64,000 nt of DNA from contig CAJNYD010000557.1 of assembly GCA_905331295.1 (NCBI GenBank), positions 1 through 64,000 of the forward strand. Reading direction: 5' to 3'. Made by a program: the position numbers and the translations under genes. Under the pieces are notes generated by a model, which saw only the letters and a list, made by a program, of their open reading frames with translations, searched no databases and was not told the origin of the DNA. Every line of letters begins with the position of its first letter. Position 1 is the first letter of the stretch. Origin of the DNA: Rotaria socialis (taxonomy: Eukaryota). Of this stretch, positions 23,401-37,393 are shown one piece after another.

Positions 23401-26400
23401 GCAATTAGATAGTCGGAAAATGTTCCACGATGAGTAAAAATCCAACCATATGAAAACTATATCAAAATTTAGAAAAATTAGCTGCCAATCCGGAGCGATG
23501 CCAAAAATTCTTTTTTTCTATTCACTCGTATAGATATAATCGATTTTGAATATTCAAAACTCCTGTCAATTTATTGAAGTACCTTTTATTATCATTAATA
23601 TTCAGATATCCAGCTAATGTCGTGCTCGACCCTGCTTCCATATTGACCGATGTATTCGATCTTGGCTTTCCTGGCGCATTCAATGAACGTAATTTAATTG
23701 ATTGCTTAATTACATGATCGATTTCTCTTAATGCTACCATTTTGACAATATCAACAAATGCATGCTGATTGCTGGTTTTAATCGTTCTCGTAAGACCATC
23801 TTGTTTCTGTACAAAAAATGGTATATCATTTCGTGATCCACATGTTAGACAAATAATTCGACATTGTTTTTCTAAATAATCAATAGCATTTCGTATAATC
23901 GTACGTTTTAAACTATCGGTTAGCGAATTATATATTCCGTCCCGTATTGATACATGCGTAAAAGCCATGAGACGACACTGCGATGGAAAACCAGCTGGAT
24001 TTTGTAGACAAAAACATTTTATTGTGTGTGTCTTGCGGCTCTGTTGCTGTTGATAGGCACATTCAATAACGGATCGTTGCATCATATCTAATATACATTC
24101 GTTAATATTAATTAGTTTTTTAGATTGTGGATCAACTAATTGCCAGAGAAATGTCCGAGAAAATGTATTACCAATAACAGCAGCTATTTTAACAAGTAAA
24201 CTTTCGCCTTCGGACAGGCGATCTATGCGACACATGATGTAATTTTGAAAATTTTGTTGACAATGAGCAATAAAATCGTTCGCTGTCGGATCGCGCAAAA
24301 GACAAACACGTGAAAAAATTGGCTCAAGTTGATATTGCTCGTCAGTTACAATTTGTTTTCGACGAGAAAATAAACTTTTAGATAAACTATTTTGCATGGA
24401 AGAATTAACAATAAGTTTATCGGCATCACCTTCGATTAAATTTGATTCTTCATCTTCGGCATCAGTATTATTTGTAATATAGATTTTATCTTTACTTAAC
24501 AGATCGAATAGAATTTGCTCACAAAACCCGGGAATACCTAAATTAGAGAAAAAACAATTAATCATGTATCGATGATTTACAGCAAAGTTAGTTGGATTCG
24601 AATTTTTGAGAAATAGAACGCGATGATCAGATCATTCTATGGGCGAAACAGCATATGAATAATAGGAGATTACGGAAAGTTTTTCAAAAGCCTTCCGTAC
24701 CTTTTAGTTTTAGGAAGTGTAAAAGACGAAAATAAAAGTAAATAAAATCTATTTCCTTTACTTCTTCTCGGATTGGCGGAAAAGGCAGAAAAGAAAAACA
24801 CCGAAACTGGTAATTGCAGAAGATGAAAACTTCGAATGGAAAATGTTGAAATGAAAAAGTATAATTAATAAAAGCGTCGAAGAAAAACTGCTAGAGGAAA
24901 ACGTAGAATGAAAAAGATGTCTATAGATAACGAAATTTTTTTGAGTTGGCATTGGTTGTTAGTGGGATAAGTTAAATTCGCTGTCCTCCTCGTCTATAGT
25001 CGATACTTGTTCATTGTTGGCGTATACCATTTATGTATATATAGATCAGTCTGGCGAAAACAACGAACAAATAATTTTCTCTTCAATCGGTGGCAATGGA
25101 CAGTGAAATATTATTCTTAACGACTAATAAAGGTGAACCATTACTAGTGTTTAACCAATATATGTTCACGTGCAATAAAAAATCTTCATCAAAAAAGTAT
25201 TGGGCTTGTACAGAATATGGATGCACCGTATATGTGCACACCAATTTAGAAAATAAATTTTTCTTTTTCTTTAAAATTATCAAAAAACTCAATTTTCGGC
25301 ATTTTCCTTTTCTGTTTTGTCCACCAAATTCCTTCTTCTAGTCTGATATGAGGTCATGTAGTCTATTGGAAAACTTCTCTTTATTAGTCCCAATAAAAGA
25401 TCGTTTTCCGATATAAGAATCAGACGCGATACGATTCTTACCATTGCAACTTTCATTTAATACTTTGACAATTTTCGTTGGAACTTTATGTACAGACAAT
25501 ATCTGACATGCTACAAATACAAGAGAGATTAAATAATGCAAAAGCAATACCGCTATCAATTTCTTTTACCGAGTGTAGCAAGATAACGTAGTTCGAGTCC
25601 AGGTAATCTTCGGAGATAAACACGTGAATCTGTACTAATTGATTGTAATGTATTTGACGTTGATCGACTATTATGATTGTTATGTGGAGGTTTCATTGAA
25701 AGAATTAATAAACATTTACTATGACTACCTAACGTAAGCAAATGTTTTAATGAGCTTTCATCAGCAAAATGAATATCATCAATAATAAATAAAATTTTTG
25801 ATGCTGTTGGAATATGATAAGTAACGGCAGTTGACACTGAACCTGTCGAAAGTCTTAGCTGTGAATACGATGAACTAAAATGTAATAGAAATAAAGTCAT
25901 TCTCTATTCCTATGTATTTTATTTAAAATCAACAGAACCAACACTGAAGAGAAGTTCCTTAAAGAAATGACGGATTCGGCGTCAAATGGGGCCTCGATCT
26001 CCATTCTTATTTATACATTTTCAACGATATAAAATCAACTCCGTGCTTTGAATAGATTCTATTCATAGACTATATTTTGTTTTTGACATACTGTAGCCCA
26101 TTGACTGTATTTGTATAGGTGTCGTTGGTATTCGCTGATGGTTCGATAAGTTGATTTAAGATATGTAATAATAATTCATTAATATTTGTTTCATAAGTTC
26201 GAACAAAATTTTTTTCATTGTTATTTTCTGTTTCAATGGGACTTCGACGAAATCGAACATCAAGTAAATCGTTTAATAAAAATAAATTTCGTCTTAAATA
26301 TAGATCATTCGATTTATTTAGATCGAATAATTTCAATAGATATTGTTCTCGTTCGTGTTGTGTTTTATCGTCATTATGAAATTGTAATAATTGTCGAAGT

Positions 26401-29400
26401 AACGAACGAAGTAAACAAAATTCATTGAAACGTTGTTCTAATTGACAACTATATTTAATGACGCGTATGATTAATTTCTTTGTCGTTGAATAGTCATTAG
26501 CACAAGGATACGATGCCGATGAACGATTGGTTTGATTGTCGTTTGTTGTTACTGGTATAACGTTAGGAATTGTTGAATCATGAGAAATATAATTATTTTC
26601 ATAACAAGATACAGGCATACTATTATTCGAATTATTCGAATTTTCAAACGAATCAGTAATAAATTGTAATAAACGACTTCGACCGATTTTATCATCACCT
26701 GTAGAAAGAAATTCGAAAATTAATTATCGAAAGTGAAAACTAATTTGAATTCATATCTCGTATCAGAGAATATTAATTTCGCAATATGCAAAAAGTGTCA
26801 GCAATATGTCGTGTCGAAGGATTAGAAATATACAATTAGGTAATTAGACACTCTTAATATTTTATTCTACGACAAGTACTAATTTTTTCCTAGAACAATA
26901 ATCTCTATAGGTTTCAAAGGAATAGCCATCTGAACCAGAAGTGGCATTTGTGGTAATTGAACAAGTGCGATTCGAATATTTCGAAGCCTAGCTGGGTCAC
27001 GGTTTCGATTGTTTTGAACAATCGGAGGGACTTAAAATTTGCCAGAAAGTATCTCGCCTTATTTTTCGGCAGAAACTGAACGATAAATGTTAAACTCGCA
27101 AATTTTGTTGACAAAATATTTTTTTCTTCGATTTTCTGTCAGAAATTATTATGAAGCTTGCAAAAATTTGACAGAAACTATTAGAAAATTTCGCAGAAAA
27201 TCTGATAGATCTTCAATTTGCGGGGGGGGCCGCGCGGCTATCCGCTCCCACTCAAATTGGCAAGCCTGAACTGTGCTCAAAACTAAAATTTCTAGTCCAT
27301 AACAATCGTTATTTCCCTTACACCTCGATTTCAAAAAAAAACCTTTATATCCGCAAAATTAACATTTCTATCATCGACTATTAAAACTTAATTTCTCATG
27401 GACTGCAAAAATAAATATCTATCCAAATACAAAAAAATCTTTTTGTTGACTAACCTTCAAAAATAATAGCTGCAAGATCTCGTCGTCTATTTAACGGTTC
27501 TTCTAAAGACATAATTTGGGTTGCTACAATCATTAATTCAATTCTACGTCCTAATAATGGATAATTTTCATTTCTTATATCATCATCTAAACTTTTATTT
27601 TGTTGTATCGTTTGGCTATTTTTTATTTGTGTATTATCTAGATAATCGCCATATTGCCAAATAATCCCAACATTATTCATTCCCTAGAATCGAATCGAAA
27701 GTTTTTCAATTCATTTTCTTTATTCTAATTTTACTTTTAATATTTTATCGGGTAGTATTTGAAAACATCGACTATTCAAATGTGAATTATAGTATGTTTC
27801 TTGATCACAAGATATTATATTTGGATAATTACACATTAAACGTGCAGCCATATTTACTTTCCGGCCAATAACAGTATATTCACAGCGTGCTACATGGCCG
27901 ACAACACCACAATATGTAAGACCTGTTGCCACCTAACTTAACGAGAATAGTTTTCAAAAAAATTTCTGTTCTCCTTCGTTTTGTCTTTATTTCGATTTAC
28001 TTACGCCGATCGAACATTTATCAATAAATTTACATTGTTTGTGCATGGTTGAATGTATCATTTGAGCACATTTTAGTGCATTTGCTGTATCATCGCCTTG
28101 TTTATAACCTGGCAAACCAAAAACACATAAAAATGACCAACCTTTATCGAACAACAATGCTTTTGTTAATACGCCGCCCATCATTTTTGTCAATTCATAA
28201 ATTTGTATGAAAACTTTTTGAACATTTTGACAAAGATTATTATTTGTACATCGTTCATTGGATATATCAAGATTAATAAATGTTATTGTTACACGACGTA
28301 ATTCAGATAAATATTCTAATGATTGTTGACGTTCAATATGTTGATAGACACAACGAAGTAAAAATGATTTCATTAAACTATCGATTTTATTGTAAAGTTC
28401 TTCATCGATCGTATCACTAACGGGAGAAGATGTTCGATGATTTTCAATTTTATCTTGTTTAGATATTTCTTGATTTGAAATATTCTATTTAAAAATAAAA
28501 ATAAAATAGTTTTCTCAATCCAACAAGACTTTATCGGCGAGATTAATTAACAGAATTGTTCAGAATTCAGTTTGGTTTCAATTTTTTTCTTGAGGATGCT
28601 ACAATTATGTCTAATATGGTACGAGTTCAAGGACTTTGTTTTACCGAAAATGGAAAATTTTCATGTTCAGTACAGCCTTGAGACTGAGTCAAAATTTTCC
28701 CATCTACCAAATAATTATATTCCTATAATTGTTTGTTTTTGTTTGGTTCGTGAACTTTAATAGACGTCAAACAAGTAGAATTATAAAAGATTGGAAAATA
28801 CTTATTTCTGATTGAATATAACAATCGAAATCTAATACGATACACAATTTAATGTAATTTCTGATACAGCAACGACGTGAAAAGTAATTGAATTGATTGT
28901 TGAAAAATAGTAGAATAATCTTTTATGTCATTAGTAATTTTCTTTAAGCACTCAAGATATTAGGATACGCGAGTTCTGCTAGGAGTCAGTGGTGCGCATC
29001 AATATAGAATAAATCTACTCAGCGAAACTGATGCCATTAGAATAGGTCGGTTTACTGCTTAATTTTTCATTATTTCATAAAATTTCTTTGACTGAAATGT
29101 CAATTATTTGTCATAGACATTTTCCTTAAAATGTTTTGATGGATAACGGTTTGAATCATTCATCCACAATTAATTCTCTCAGAAATTCGTTGCCATCAAT
29201 TCTGTTGTTTCTGTTCTCGATTAGTTGCTGCTAATTAGCAACTAATGGAAACTGACTGATGTTGATGAAAAAAACATGATAATATCTCTCGAGGAAAGCT
29301 CGCTAATGTTGTCGGAATGATTGAAAATAATGAGACATCTTTAGAGTATTGTACGTAACCACCGAAAAAAGATAAAATATTTAGACAATCAATGCCAATG

Positions 29401-31662
29401 AAATATCATTTTTCAAAGGAGACACAGAGAGGTAACATTAATTTCATCCATGTTCTACTGCGAGTAAAAATGGCTACTCCGCTTAATTAACTAGTGATTT
29501 CTGCGTTTGGTGGATGCTTAGAAGCGAATGAGAAAAAGTCTTTATCTGTTCTTAACGACATGCACATATTGCTTTGATCAGTATTATTGAAAAACTCAAT
29601 TGAATTCAAGTGATGATTGTTGATGATTTAACATACTGAAAATTTATCATTCTCGGAAAATATGATGCACGTTTGGCTGCTACAATTTTTCTCCGTCTTA
29701 AATAATACCATTTGCAGCAGCGCTTGGCGTAATTGTTTCTGTCATTCCAACAATAGATCTTTCTGGGTCTATTCTAAACATTACTCTTCTTTCGATTGTC
29801 AATAGCGATTAAGTACCCGGTCTAAAATAGTAGAGAATTTCGAGCAATTGCTAATTTTTCAAAGATTATTCTTTTCAACGATAAAAGCGCCGAACGATTA
29901 TTGAATAGTGTCCTATCGTTTGTTGTCGGATTCAATTCTATAGATATTCTTTTTGGCAAAAATTAGATGGTAAATGATCAATAATTTATAGTCCTTCTTC
30001 GTTCAATCAACAGTTCTGTGTAATCAATGCGTGTACTTAAGCCTAGTGCTGTAGAATATTCCGATGAATTTAAAACAAATTTTACTTCAAATGGAAACTA
30101 AACAATTTTGCAGTATTTTCTCGTTTGTTTTTTTTCAGTGCATATTTTCATCGTTAGTACAGTAATTGTTTTTGTTTTGTGCTAATATCCTATTTGTATG
30201 CGCAATCGCCTAGAAAAAATTAATTTCCATAACAAAAACATATGTACATAGGCCGTAAAAATTATTTCTACGACACACACGCTTCAATTTTTTATCCTGA
30301 TGGTTTTGACTAAGATCAGAGCTCACTAGACCATGATAATGATCACAAGTCTGATGGTATCAGTCTGTTTTTTATGCAGCAGATTTAGGATGATAACATT
30401 AGTCTTTTTACCCCAGGGTCAACAAAATGCTTTTATGGCCCTTCTATTAATCTCTACAATTTCGCGGCATTAACATTCCTATTTTGTTATTATTAGATGA
30501 AGAAGATCTGCATCTCTATATTGTGTTGTATCGATCTGCTAGAGTAAAGAATCTATTCTTCGACATCGATCGATAGTTGCAATTGTAGACTTCTTAGGAA
30601 AAATTCGATTAAAGAAGAATGAAGTGTAATCTTCATAATTCATTTACGATCAATATAACGGAGTTGAATCTTAATTTCCCGTCTTTTCGGCAACTATGAA
30701 CTTACCAGTTTATCACTTATTTTCGTTAGCTCATGATTATCATCGACTGCTCCACAATATTTAACAGCAATATGTGCTTGTTCCCGATTGATATCATCGT
30801 TAATCGATAGATATTCACAATTTAATTTTAGTGATCGCACGTGTTCATACACTGCGTTCGTTATGATGATATCTCCGGGCTCACATAGTTGTTCACAAAT
30901 ATTTACATCTTTCACACAATCACCGGCTAATATGTAATGTTTAAATTCATCTGTGCCTATAAATAGTGCACGTACAGGCCCGTATGCAATTGCTATTTTA
31001 AGACGTAATACAACTCCAACATCTGTTTCGTATGAGCCACATTTTTCTTGTAAATATAAGGCACATTTCAATGCTTGTTCTGTCCCATTGAACTCATTCG
31101 CCCATACTGCAAGTATAGCGTCACCAGCAAATTTATATATATCACCATTGTATAATAAAATTTGTGAAACAAGTGTATCAAAATAAGAGTTTAATGTATG
31201 CGTCAATTGATCAATACCAAGATGTGCATCATTTGAATATTGTTCTGTTAATGATGTAAAACCGGATACATCAAGAAATAGTAATGTTATTTTATTATAT
31301 TTATGTTCACTGGGTATTAAAATATTTCCTTTTTGATCGATTAAATCATTTAAATTATTCAGAACAATATCTGGAATGTGTGCTTGAACTTGTTGTCCAA
31401 TGGGAAATGTTTCATCATCATCATTATCAACATCATCATCGTCGTCGTCGTCGTTGTCGTCGAGAATTTCTTCGTTCGTTGTTGAACCTATTTGTAGTGT
31501 TGCAACAACCATTTTAACTGTATTCGTCGCTAATGACGGTAAACATCGAGCACCAATTCGACGTAATGTTTGTTTTCTTCGAGTTTTTTTAATCAAAGCT
31601 TTCGTTTTTGGATGAATAATTTCAGTCGGTTGATATGTAAGATATGATTTTGAATTATCCAT
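17475..31662 (-). CDS. ADCY10: Soluble adenylyl cyclase type 10-like, 12 coding exons, ~2254 aa
   Basis: Exons 31662-30706, 28484-28005, 27932-27735, 27683-27455, 26698-26092, 25874-25570, 25510-25442, 24537-23583, 23164-22567, 22246-21287, 20697-19672, 17855-17475. All are GT-AG with consistent phase (6765 nt total). C1 motifs LFLDVSGFTSLTE and YKFAGDAIL; C2 motifs ELRRVTITFINL, FDKGWSFLCVFGLPG and YCGVVGHVARCEYTVIGRKVNMAARLM; STAND-like IIDDIHFAD and NGIPGFCEQ. Confidence 0.92.
18553..19613 (+). mobile_element. Non-autonomous MULE-like element with FLYWCH fragment, in the last ADCY10 intron
   Basis: Imperfect long TIRs (GGG...TTCGGTCCCTATTACTTGATTCT vs AGAATCAAGTAATAGAGGGACCGAA...CCC). ORF 18775-18960 reads FTTTNRN..VLNYQGYQY....WR...PC, like a FLYWCH domain. 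Confidence 0.6.
18965..19262. mobile_element. GC-rich MITE with TA TSD, nested in the MULE-like element
   Basis: TA|CCCAGGTCGAACA ... TGTTCAACCTGGG|TA, with internal CCGG-rich subrepeats. Confidence 0.85.
20815..21230 (+). mobile_element. DINE-1/HINE-like (non-autonomous Helentron) fragment, copy 1
   Basis: Begins with a T run and the hairpin GTGTACTCA-AAAAG-TGAGTACAC, then TCTAGAATCGG and a GTCC-like tract. Homologous to 34085-34502 on the opposite strand. Confidence 0.55.
24770..25332 (+). mobile_element. Non-autonomous MULE-like element with FLYWCH fragment
   Basis: Imperfect TIRs (GGATTGGCGGAAAAGGCAGAAAAG / CTTTTCTGTTTTGTCCACCAAATTCC) flanked by TTCTTCT on both sides. ORF reads MDSEILFLTTNKGEPLLVFNQYMFTCNKKSSSKKYWACTEYGCTVYVHT. 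Confidence 0.65.
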
Positions 31663-33107
31663 AGTCTTCACACGATCTTAGACTCTGAAATTAAAAGAAT
31701 CTTTTTAATTATCACTAAGAACTAGTCGTTTATCTTTTATCTTTTCAACTTGATGAAATGATAAGAATTGACAGTAACAACAATGAAGTGCTAATGAAAA
31801 AAATAATATATATGTATATAACGGTAGCAAACTACTGGCCCCCATGATACAACTTCATTGATAGTAAAGAACTTGTCTGTGTGCACTTCTCTCTCTCTCT
31901 CTCACTCTGTATGTATATATAAATAAATGCATAGATATGTCTTGCGATTTATTTATTGCTATTATTTGATTCTCATATTGGTGCTATCATTGATGACATA
32001 TCTATTTATCCTATTTTGTTTTGCTTCTTTCTTATTCTTTTTCTCTTATGTGCGTTATTATGCAGTATCTACGTTTGTGTATTTTTAGTGTAAACCGCTC
32101 TAATCTAATCTATTTAATAGAAAATAACAAAGAAATAATAGAAATATATAATATATATATAAACTTTCATAAATATAAACATTTTCGCGTTAGTTCTACT
32201 GAATTTTTATTTGTTTTGGAGATAATTCTGACATAAATGCTTCATGTTCTTAGTACTCTGTTTACTCCGAAGAAGAAAGATAGGTCCATGACAAGCCTTG
32301 CATTTTGCATCCCTGCTGAGACACACTGAATTTATTATTTTCGCTTTATCCTAACCAACGTTGTTAGCAATTGACATTGGCGGTAATAACAACGATATTT
32401 ATTCTTTCTACTATCCCAAGAAAAGGCGTTATATGAACGACCGTCTATAAGGTAATCTGTCATGCTAGAAAACGTGGACAATTAGTGCAAAGAATAAAAA
32501 CGCGATAGACATTTTCTAATGAATAAAATTACTCGTTAGATGGTATGACGGATTACGGTGAAAATGAATGTAATAATTAGTCGTTTAGAATTGTGTAATC
32601 TGTCGTTTTCCAGGGTCATTAGCATCGAACTGAACAAAGCGTATATAAGATGTAAATCATAGATATGATTACAGGTACAAATTCATAGAACAATATAAGA
32701 CGAAGAAAAAAGGATCAAACATGACAAACTCTTACAAATACCAATATTATTTGATCTATTTGTTCGCTAATAAGAATTGGCGCTTACATGTAAACAAGTT
32801 CTAGACAAATAATTATCACCGTATCATAATAATAACAAGGGAAGAAAAAAAAGTCGATATAGATATATGTAAAAGAAAAAAGGAATGATGTATAGTGATC
32901 AAATTGAATGTCGACGCACAAGCTTTTATCAAATGATGGAGTGCGATGAGACAGGACGAGGCGCCTATACAATACCATTTGCAAGAGTCTCTTGACAAAG
33001 GCTATCCACCAATGCTCTTTTGTTTTATGCCGACGATCATCATCATCAGTCATTTACAGACTAAGAGAGAAAGAAAAACCCAACAGAGGCAATAGAAAAA
33101 TAAGCGC

Positions 33108-33110
<3 letters not shown>

Positions 33111-33140
<30 letters not shown>
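33111..33140. repeat. (AT)n microsatellite
   Basis: Direct reading. Confidence 0.9.
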
Positions 33141-33142
<2 letters not shown>

Positions 33143-34084
33143 TTTTTTTCTCTTTCTCGCTCTCTGTTATTCTATTTTTGTTGATCAGTTATATTCATGG
33201 AATCTACATACTATAGAAATTGATTGGCAAAAACAAATCAAAAGAACTTGTAAATCGATAACAACTCCCATCAAATGTATTTCTCTTGTGATACGCAACA
33301 AAAAAAAAAGAAAGACATAAATTATGAAATATCTATTCGTTACACGTGAGAAAAAAAAAAGAACAGTCTTACTTTGTTTCAAACAGTGCTTTAATTGTAT
33401 TTTTCATCGCGTTGACATATTTGTTAGAGTCTTTTTAAAAGATAATGGCATACAATAAAATAATTCATATTTAACACTTGTTTTTTATTATGAATAAATG
33501 AGATGCGAACCACCATTGGCTATTAATTTCCTTAAAGAGGTTTTCCCTTCAGCTTTACATAATATTCATCAGACAAAAGTCACGATCAGACAGGCTTTAA
33601 TGTAAAACTCATGTTATTCAATCATACATATTTGCCATATGTTTGCATATCTTTACTTAACAAGTATGCTTTCGCTAATCGTATAAAATAATCATAACTG
33701 TCATGTTTTATAGCCTGCAGTAGCAATGATGAGCATCATCTTCTCTCTTGTTTTACTTTTGAAATAGAATAATAAAAGAAACTATCTATGTTTATTGACA
33801 AGATTTATAAAATAAATATTAGAATAAAATGAAAGTCATCATGCACGCCTGTTGAATTTCTATCATTTATTGGAGACCTAATGTTTTAAATATGTTGTCT
33901 ATAACAACTATAGAAGAAATATTCCTACAAGCATGGAGCAGAAAAAACATTGCATAGGTTTCTTTTGTTGTATTACTCTTTCAATATGGTTATTACAGCA
34001 AATGGTTTCCGTTATTACCAGTTATCCGCGTATATTAGATTATGCTCAGTTTCATTTATGATAACTTTCGTGAGTTTCTGATAA

Positions 34085-34502
34085 TTTAAATATAGTTCGA
34101 TATGAAGTGGTCCGATTTTATCAAGCATTTAGATATTTTCTTAAATACAAAAAAATGAGGAAACATCGGATTCGCATCCGATTGTTGTGTGTACTGCAAA
34201 AACTGAGTCGATTTATGTATGTTGTGAATAATTCTAAGAAAGCAATTTTTTTTTGAAAAAATCCCTGTACCCTCCCCCCCCCCTCTCAGGCATGGTCTGG
34301 TTAATAATGACAATTTTTTCCATAGCTCAGTCATTTCTTGACGGATTCTTCTCATCTTCGAACTCGACTGAAATATTGATGAGATCATCCTGCGTACAAA
34401 ATTTCATGACAACTGGATGAGGCTTTCAAAGGTTATCGTGTTAACGGCCGGATACACTGACCGAATCTAGAGTGTACTCACTTTTTTTGAGTACACAAAA
34501 AG
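34085..34502 (-). mobile_element. DINE-1/HINE-like fragment, copy 2
   Basis: The reverse complement shares TTTTGTGTACTCAAAAAAAGTGAGTACACTCTAGATTCGGTCAG, CACGATAAC.TTTGAAAGCCTCATCCA and AGAATTATTCACAACATA with 20815-21230. Confidence 0.6.
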
Positions 34503-35269
34503 GAAATCTCATGCTTATTTCAATATAGCTAAGATGAGACTTAGAGAAATGTATCATTCATTAACAGCAATTAATTTCACTTGAATCAAGAATAGAAAAA
34601 AAAAGGGGAAAAATTTAGTGTAGCTCCGAAATTTAACTGATTGCGCATTGAATACTATCATTATCGAATTAAGCGAAATGGAGACTTTTCAAGAAAAAGA
34701 TAGAATAGAACTGAACTGAATTTTTTTCTCTCAAATTCGATTGATAATGACCTCGTCATTTAGTTTTTTTGTTGCGATCGAATATCGACGGAATGATATA
34801 AAATATGATAGCGAACAAAAAGTGCGTTATCTCTAACATTCCGGTTGACCCAGTTCACATTGAATCATTAAAGATAGATCGCGAAGTTTCCCGAATCAAA
34901 TCTTCAAATCATATCCATATTTGTGGATAGTATAATATTTAACATAATACTGGTGACCAAGTATAAATTTCAACTTAGCGATCTTTTAAATATGATATAT
35001 TTCGTGCATTGTATGAGCGAGTGATGACGGAGTGTAGAAACGAGCTAATACTATTAAGTGTAATCTCTGAAACGCATGTGAAGCTGTCTATTGAATGAGA
35101 TGGCAGAATTGTTTTTTCTCAATTTTTTGAAAACGATTAAAAAAGTTATTTATGAAGGTTAAGTGATGAGGAATAACGTCTTTTGGAAGACCAAATGGAG
35201 CTATTCTACGAGTTTGCACTTCCAAGGAAAACATGTTCACTTGGTTCAATCTCTAAATTCTAAAAAAGA

Positions 35270-35458
35270 AAGGGGGAAAAGCTGATTCCATGATTCCGTG
35301 ATCCTATGCGATTCTGTTGATTCCATTGATTCCATGTGATTCCGTGTGATTCCGTGTGATTCCATTGATTCCATTGATTCCATGTGATCCCATTGATTCC
35401 GTGTGATTCTGTGTGATTCCGATGATTCTATCACCATAGAATCAGCTTTTTCCCCCTT
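35270..35458. mobile_element. MITE with internal 9-10 bp tandem repeats
   Basis: TIRs AAGGGGGAAAAGCTGATTC / GAATCAGCTTTTTCCCCCTT enclose a (GATTCCATT / GATTCCGTGT)n array. Confidence 0.75.
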
Positions 35459-35804
35459 GAAAAAAAGCCTGAATGAAACTCATGATTGAGGTTTTATGAT
35501 GGTTTTACTGTAAAATTAGTGGTGTTCAGATTTCCGAAAAAAAGAAATTTGGAACCTGATATCTCCGAAATTTCTGTTATTAGAAAAAATTCAATAATTT
35601 CCGTAGTTTTCTTGTTGCGGAAATCGGAACATACCTCCTACTAGGGATAGTTCGTGATTACCCATGTAAAAAAAATAAACCTAAAAATTTTGATTAATTT
35701 TACGCTTATAATCGACTTTTTCTCGTGTTTGATTTGGGATCAATGTTTTTTCATCGATAATCATCGTTTTTTTACTAGAATTGAATAAAATCTATTAATA
35801 CGGA

Positions 35805-35960
35805 CAGGGGTGTCCCGACCATTCCAACTGTTGGGGAGATATAAAAATTTTCTCCTTCAAAATACTAGGGTCACGGGTGTCGCGAGAAAGCAAAACTTGG
35901 GGGGGAANGCCTGACACCCCCCCCCCCCCCCCCCCCCCCCCCCCAGTCGAGTCACCCCTG
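35805..35960. mobile_element. hAT-like MITE
   Basis: CAGGGGTG...CACCCCTG ends with 8 bp TSD AATACGGA/AATACGAA. Contains an N at 35908 and a poly-C tract. Confidence 0.8.
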
Positions 35961-37302
35961 AATACGAAGTATACTCGCTTGCTTGTGATTATTGATTAAT
36001 CAGTTAGAATCAATTTTCAGGAATAATCGATTTTCATCGGTAACTGATGATTTTTTCAAGATTAAAATTAAATGATACCGATTATAATCTACCAAAATCG
36101 ATTAGCTTTCGAAATCAACTCTAATGATTAAAATTAGTATGACCTAAAATAAAATGATAGCGATTATATTCTAATAGAATCTTTTAAGCTTTGGATTAGA
36201 TTATAATTATATGCTGAGAATCTTCTGAAACCAACTAATACTGATTATATAATCTACCATAATCGATAACATTCTGGATTCTCTGAAGATGTAAATATCC
36301 CTTATCGTTGTGCACATCAGTAGGCAATTTAAGATACGTTATGAGAGCAATAGAATACAAGTGAAGAGAAATGAATAATAAGTTATTCAGTGGAATGTAC
36401 GGAAAATCTTTTTTAGGCTAGTGGCTATCTTTCATGTATTTTTTATAAAAAAAAACGAACAAAAAAGATTAATTAGTCTTCTATAAAAAAAAATGCACAT
36501 GTCTTCATAATTTAAAAAATCTCAATCACTCAGTAACAAAACGTATTAGTCAAGATTTGTGATATTTCTTTTCTCAATCAAACTGAAGCCTGCAATTTAA
36601 TGTAGAAAGAAGTTTCATCTAAATTTTAGAAAAGGAAATTAGAAAGAGTTTTCATTTATTCATTTAAACAAGCATTCAATCCCAGCATACAAGAAAAATA
36701 ACCGAAATGAAAGGTCCTTTTTCTTTTTTAAAGTCATCATTAATCAAAATAGTTGAATAGCTCATCAGAAAAAAATAGAGGACTAAATGGATAAGTCATT
36801 AAAACACATTTTCTCTAAGCTCGATTCGAGTATATCGTTCCTTGTGACATTCTAAGCCATAAGTGTTTTGGTAAATGACTTGCGAAGAAACGAGTATCAG
36901 TACCACAATGAGTACTCGTACTTTAGCTACTAAGTAAATCTCCAAAGAAAAATACTAATGAGTATCTCGTCAGATTAATCTCAAAGTGTACATACACACG
37001 AAACGCCTCCAATATTCGTCAATGAATCTGAATATTCATCTGGCAAGCCGTACTCGCTAGATTAGTATTACATTACATTGACACAAAAGTGTTGAAATAA
37101 TCCTTTGAATTTTTGTATAAATCCCCAGTATTCAGAAAGTCGCCTGATCTTAATTATTTTCTCCATTGACTTATTTATGATTCAGTTTGCAATCGAGCTT
37201 GGATGTCACATTAGTATTTATAAACTATCAAATTTTGTGAAACACGATCTGAAAGGAGTGTTGAAGTATATAGGGTAGAAATTTGGACCCACCCCCCGTC
37301 CC

Positions 37303-37393
37303 CACAGACCGTTACAGAGAAATTAATTAATCAGTTAATTGGTTAACCAATTCATTATTAATTAATTATTAAATTTCTCTGTAACGGTCTGTG
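37303..37393. repeat. Foldback palindrome / mini-MITE
   Basis: Perfect 22 bp inverted repeat CACAGACCGTTACAGAGAAATT / AATTTCTCTGTAACGGTCTGTG around an AT-rich core that is itself partly palindromic. Confidence 0.8.

Noticed and set aside
26890..27270. GC-richer intronic insert with possible hAT-like ends
   Set aside because: TIRs and TSD are too degenerate to support a call.
35283..35430. Repeat array as CRISPR, or the MES-repeat ORF 35246-35437 as a gene
   Set aside because: These are 9-10 bp tandem units without spacers, inside a MITE in eukaryotic DNA.
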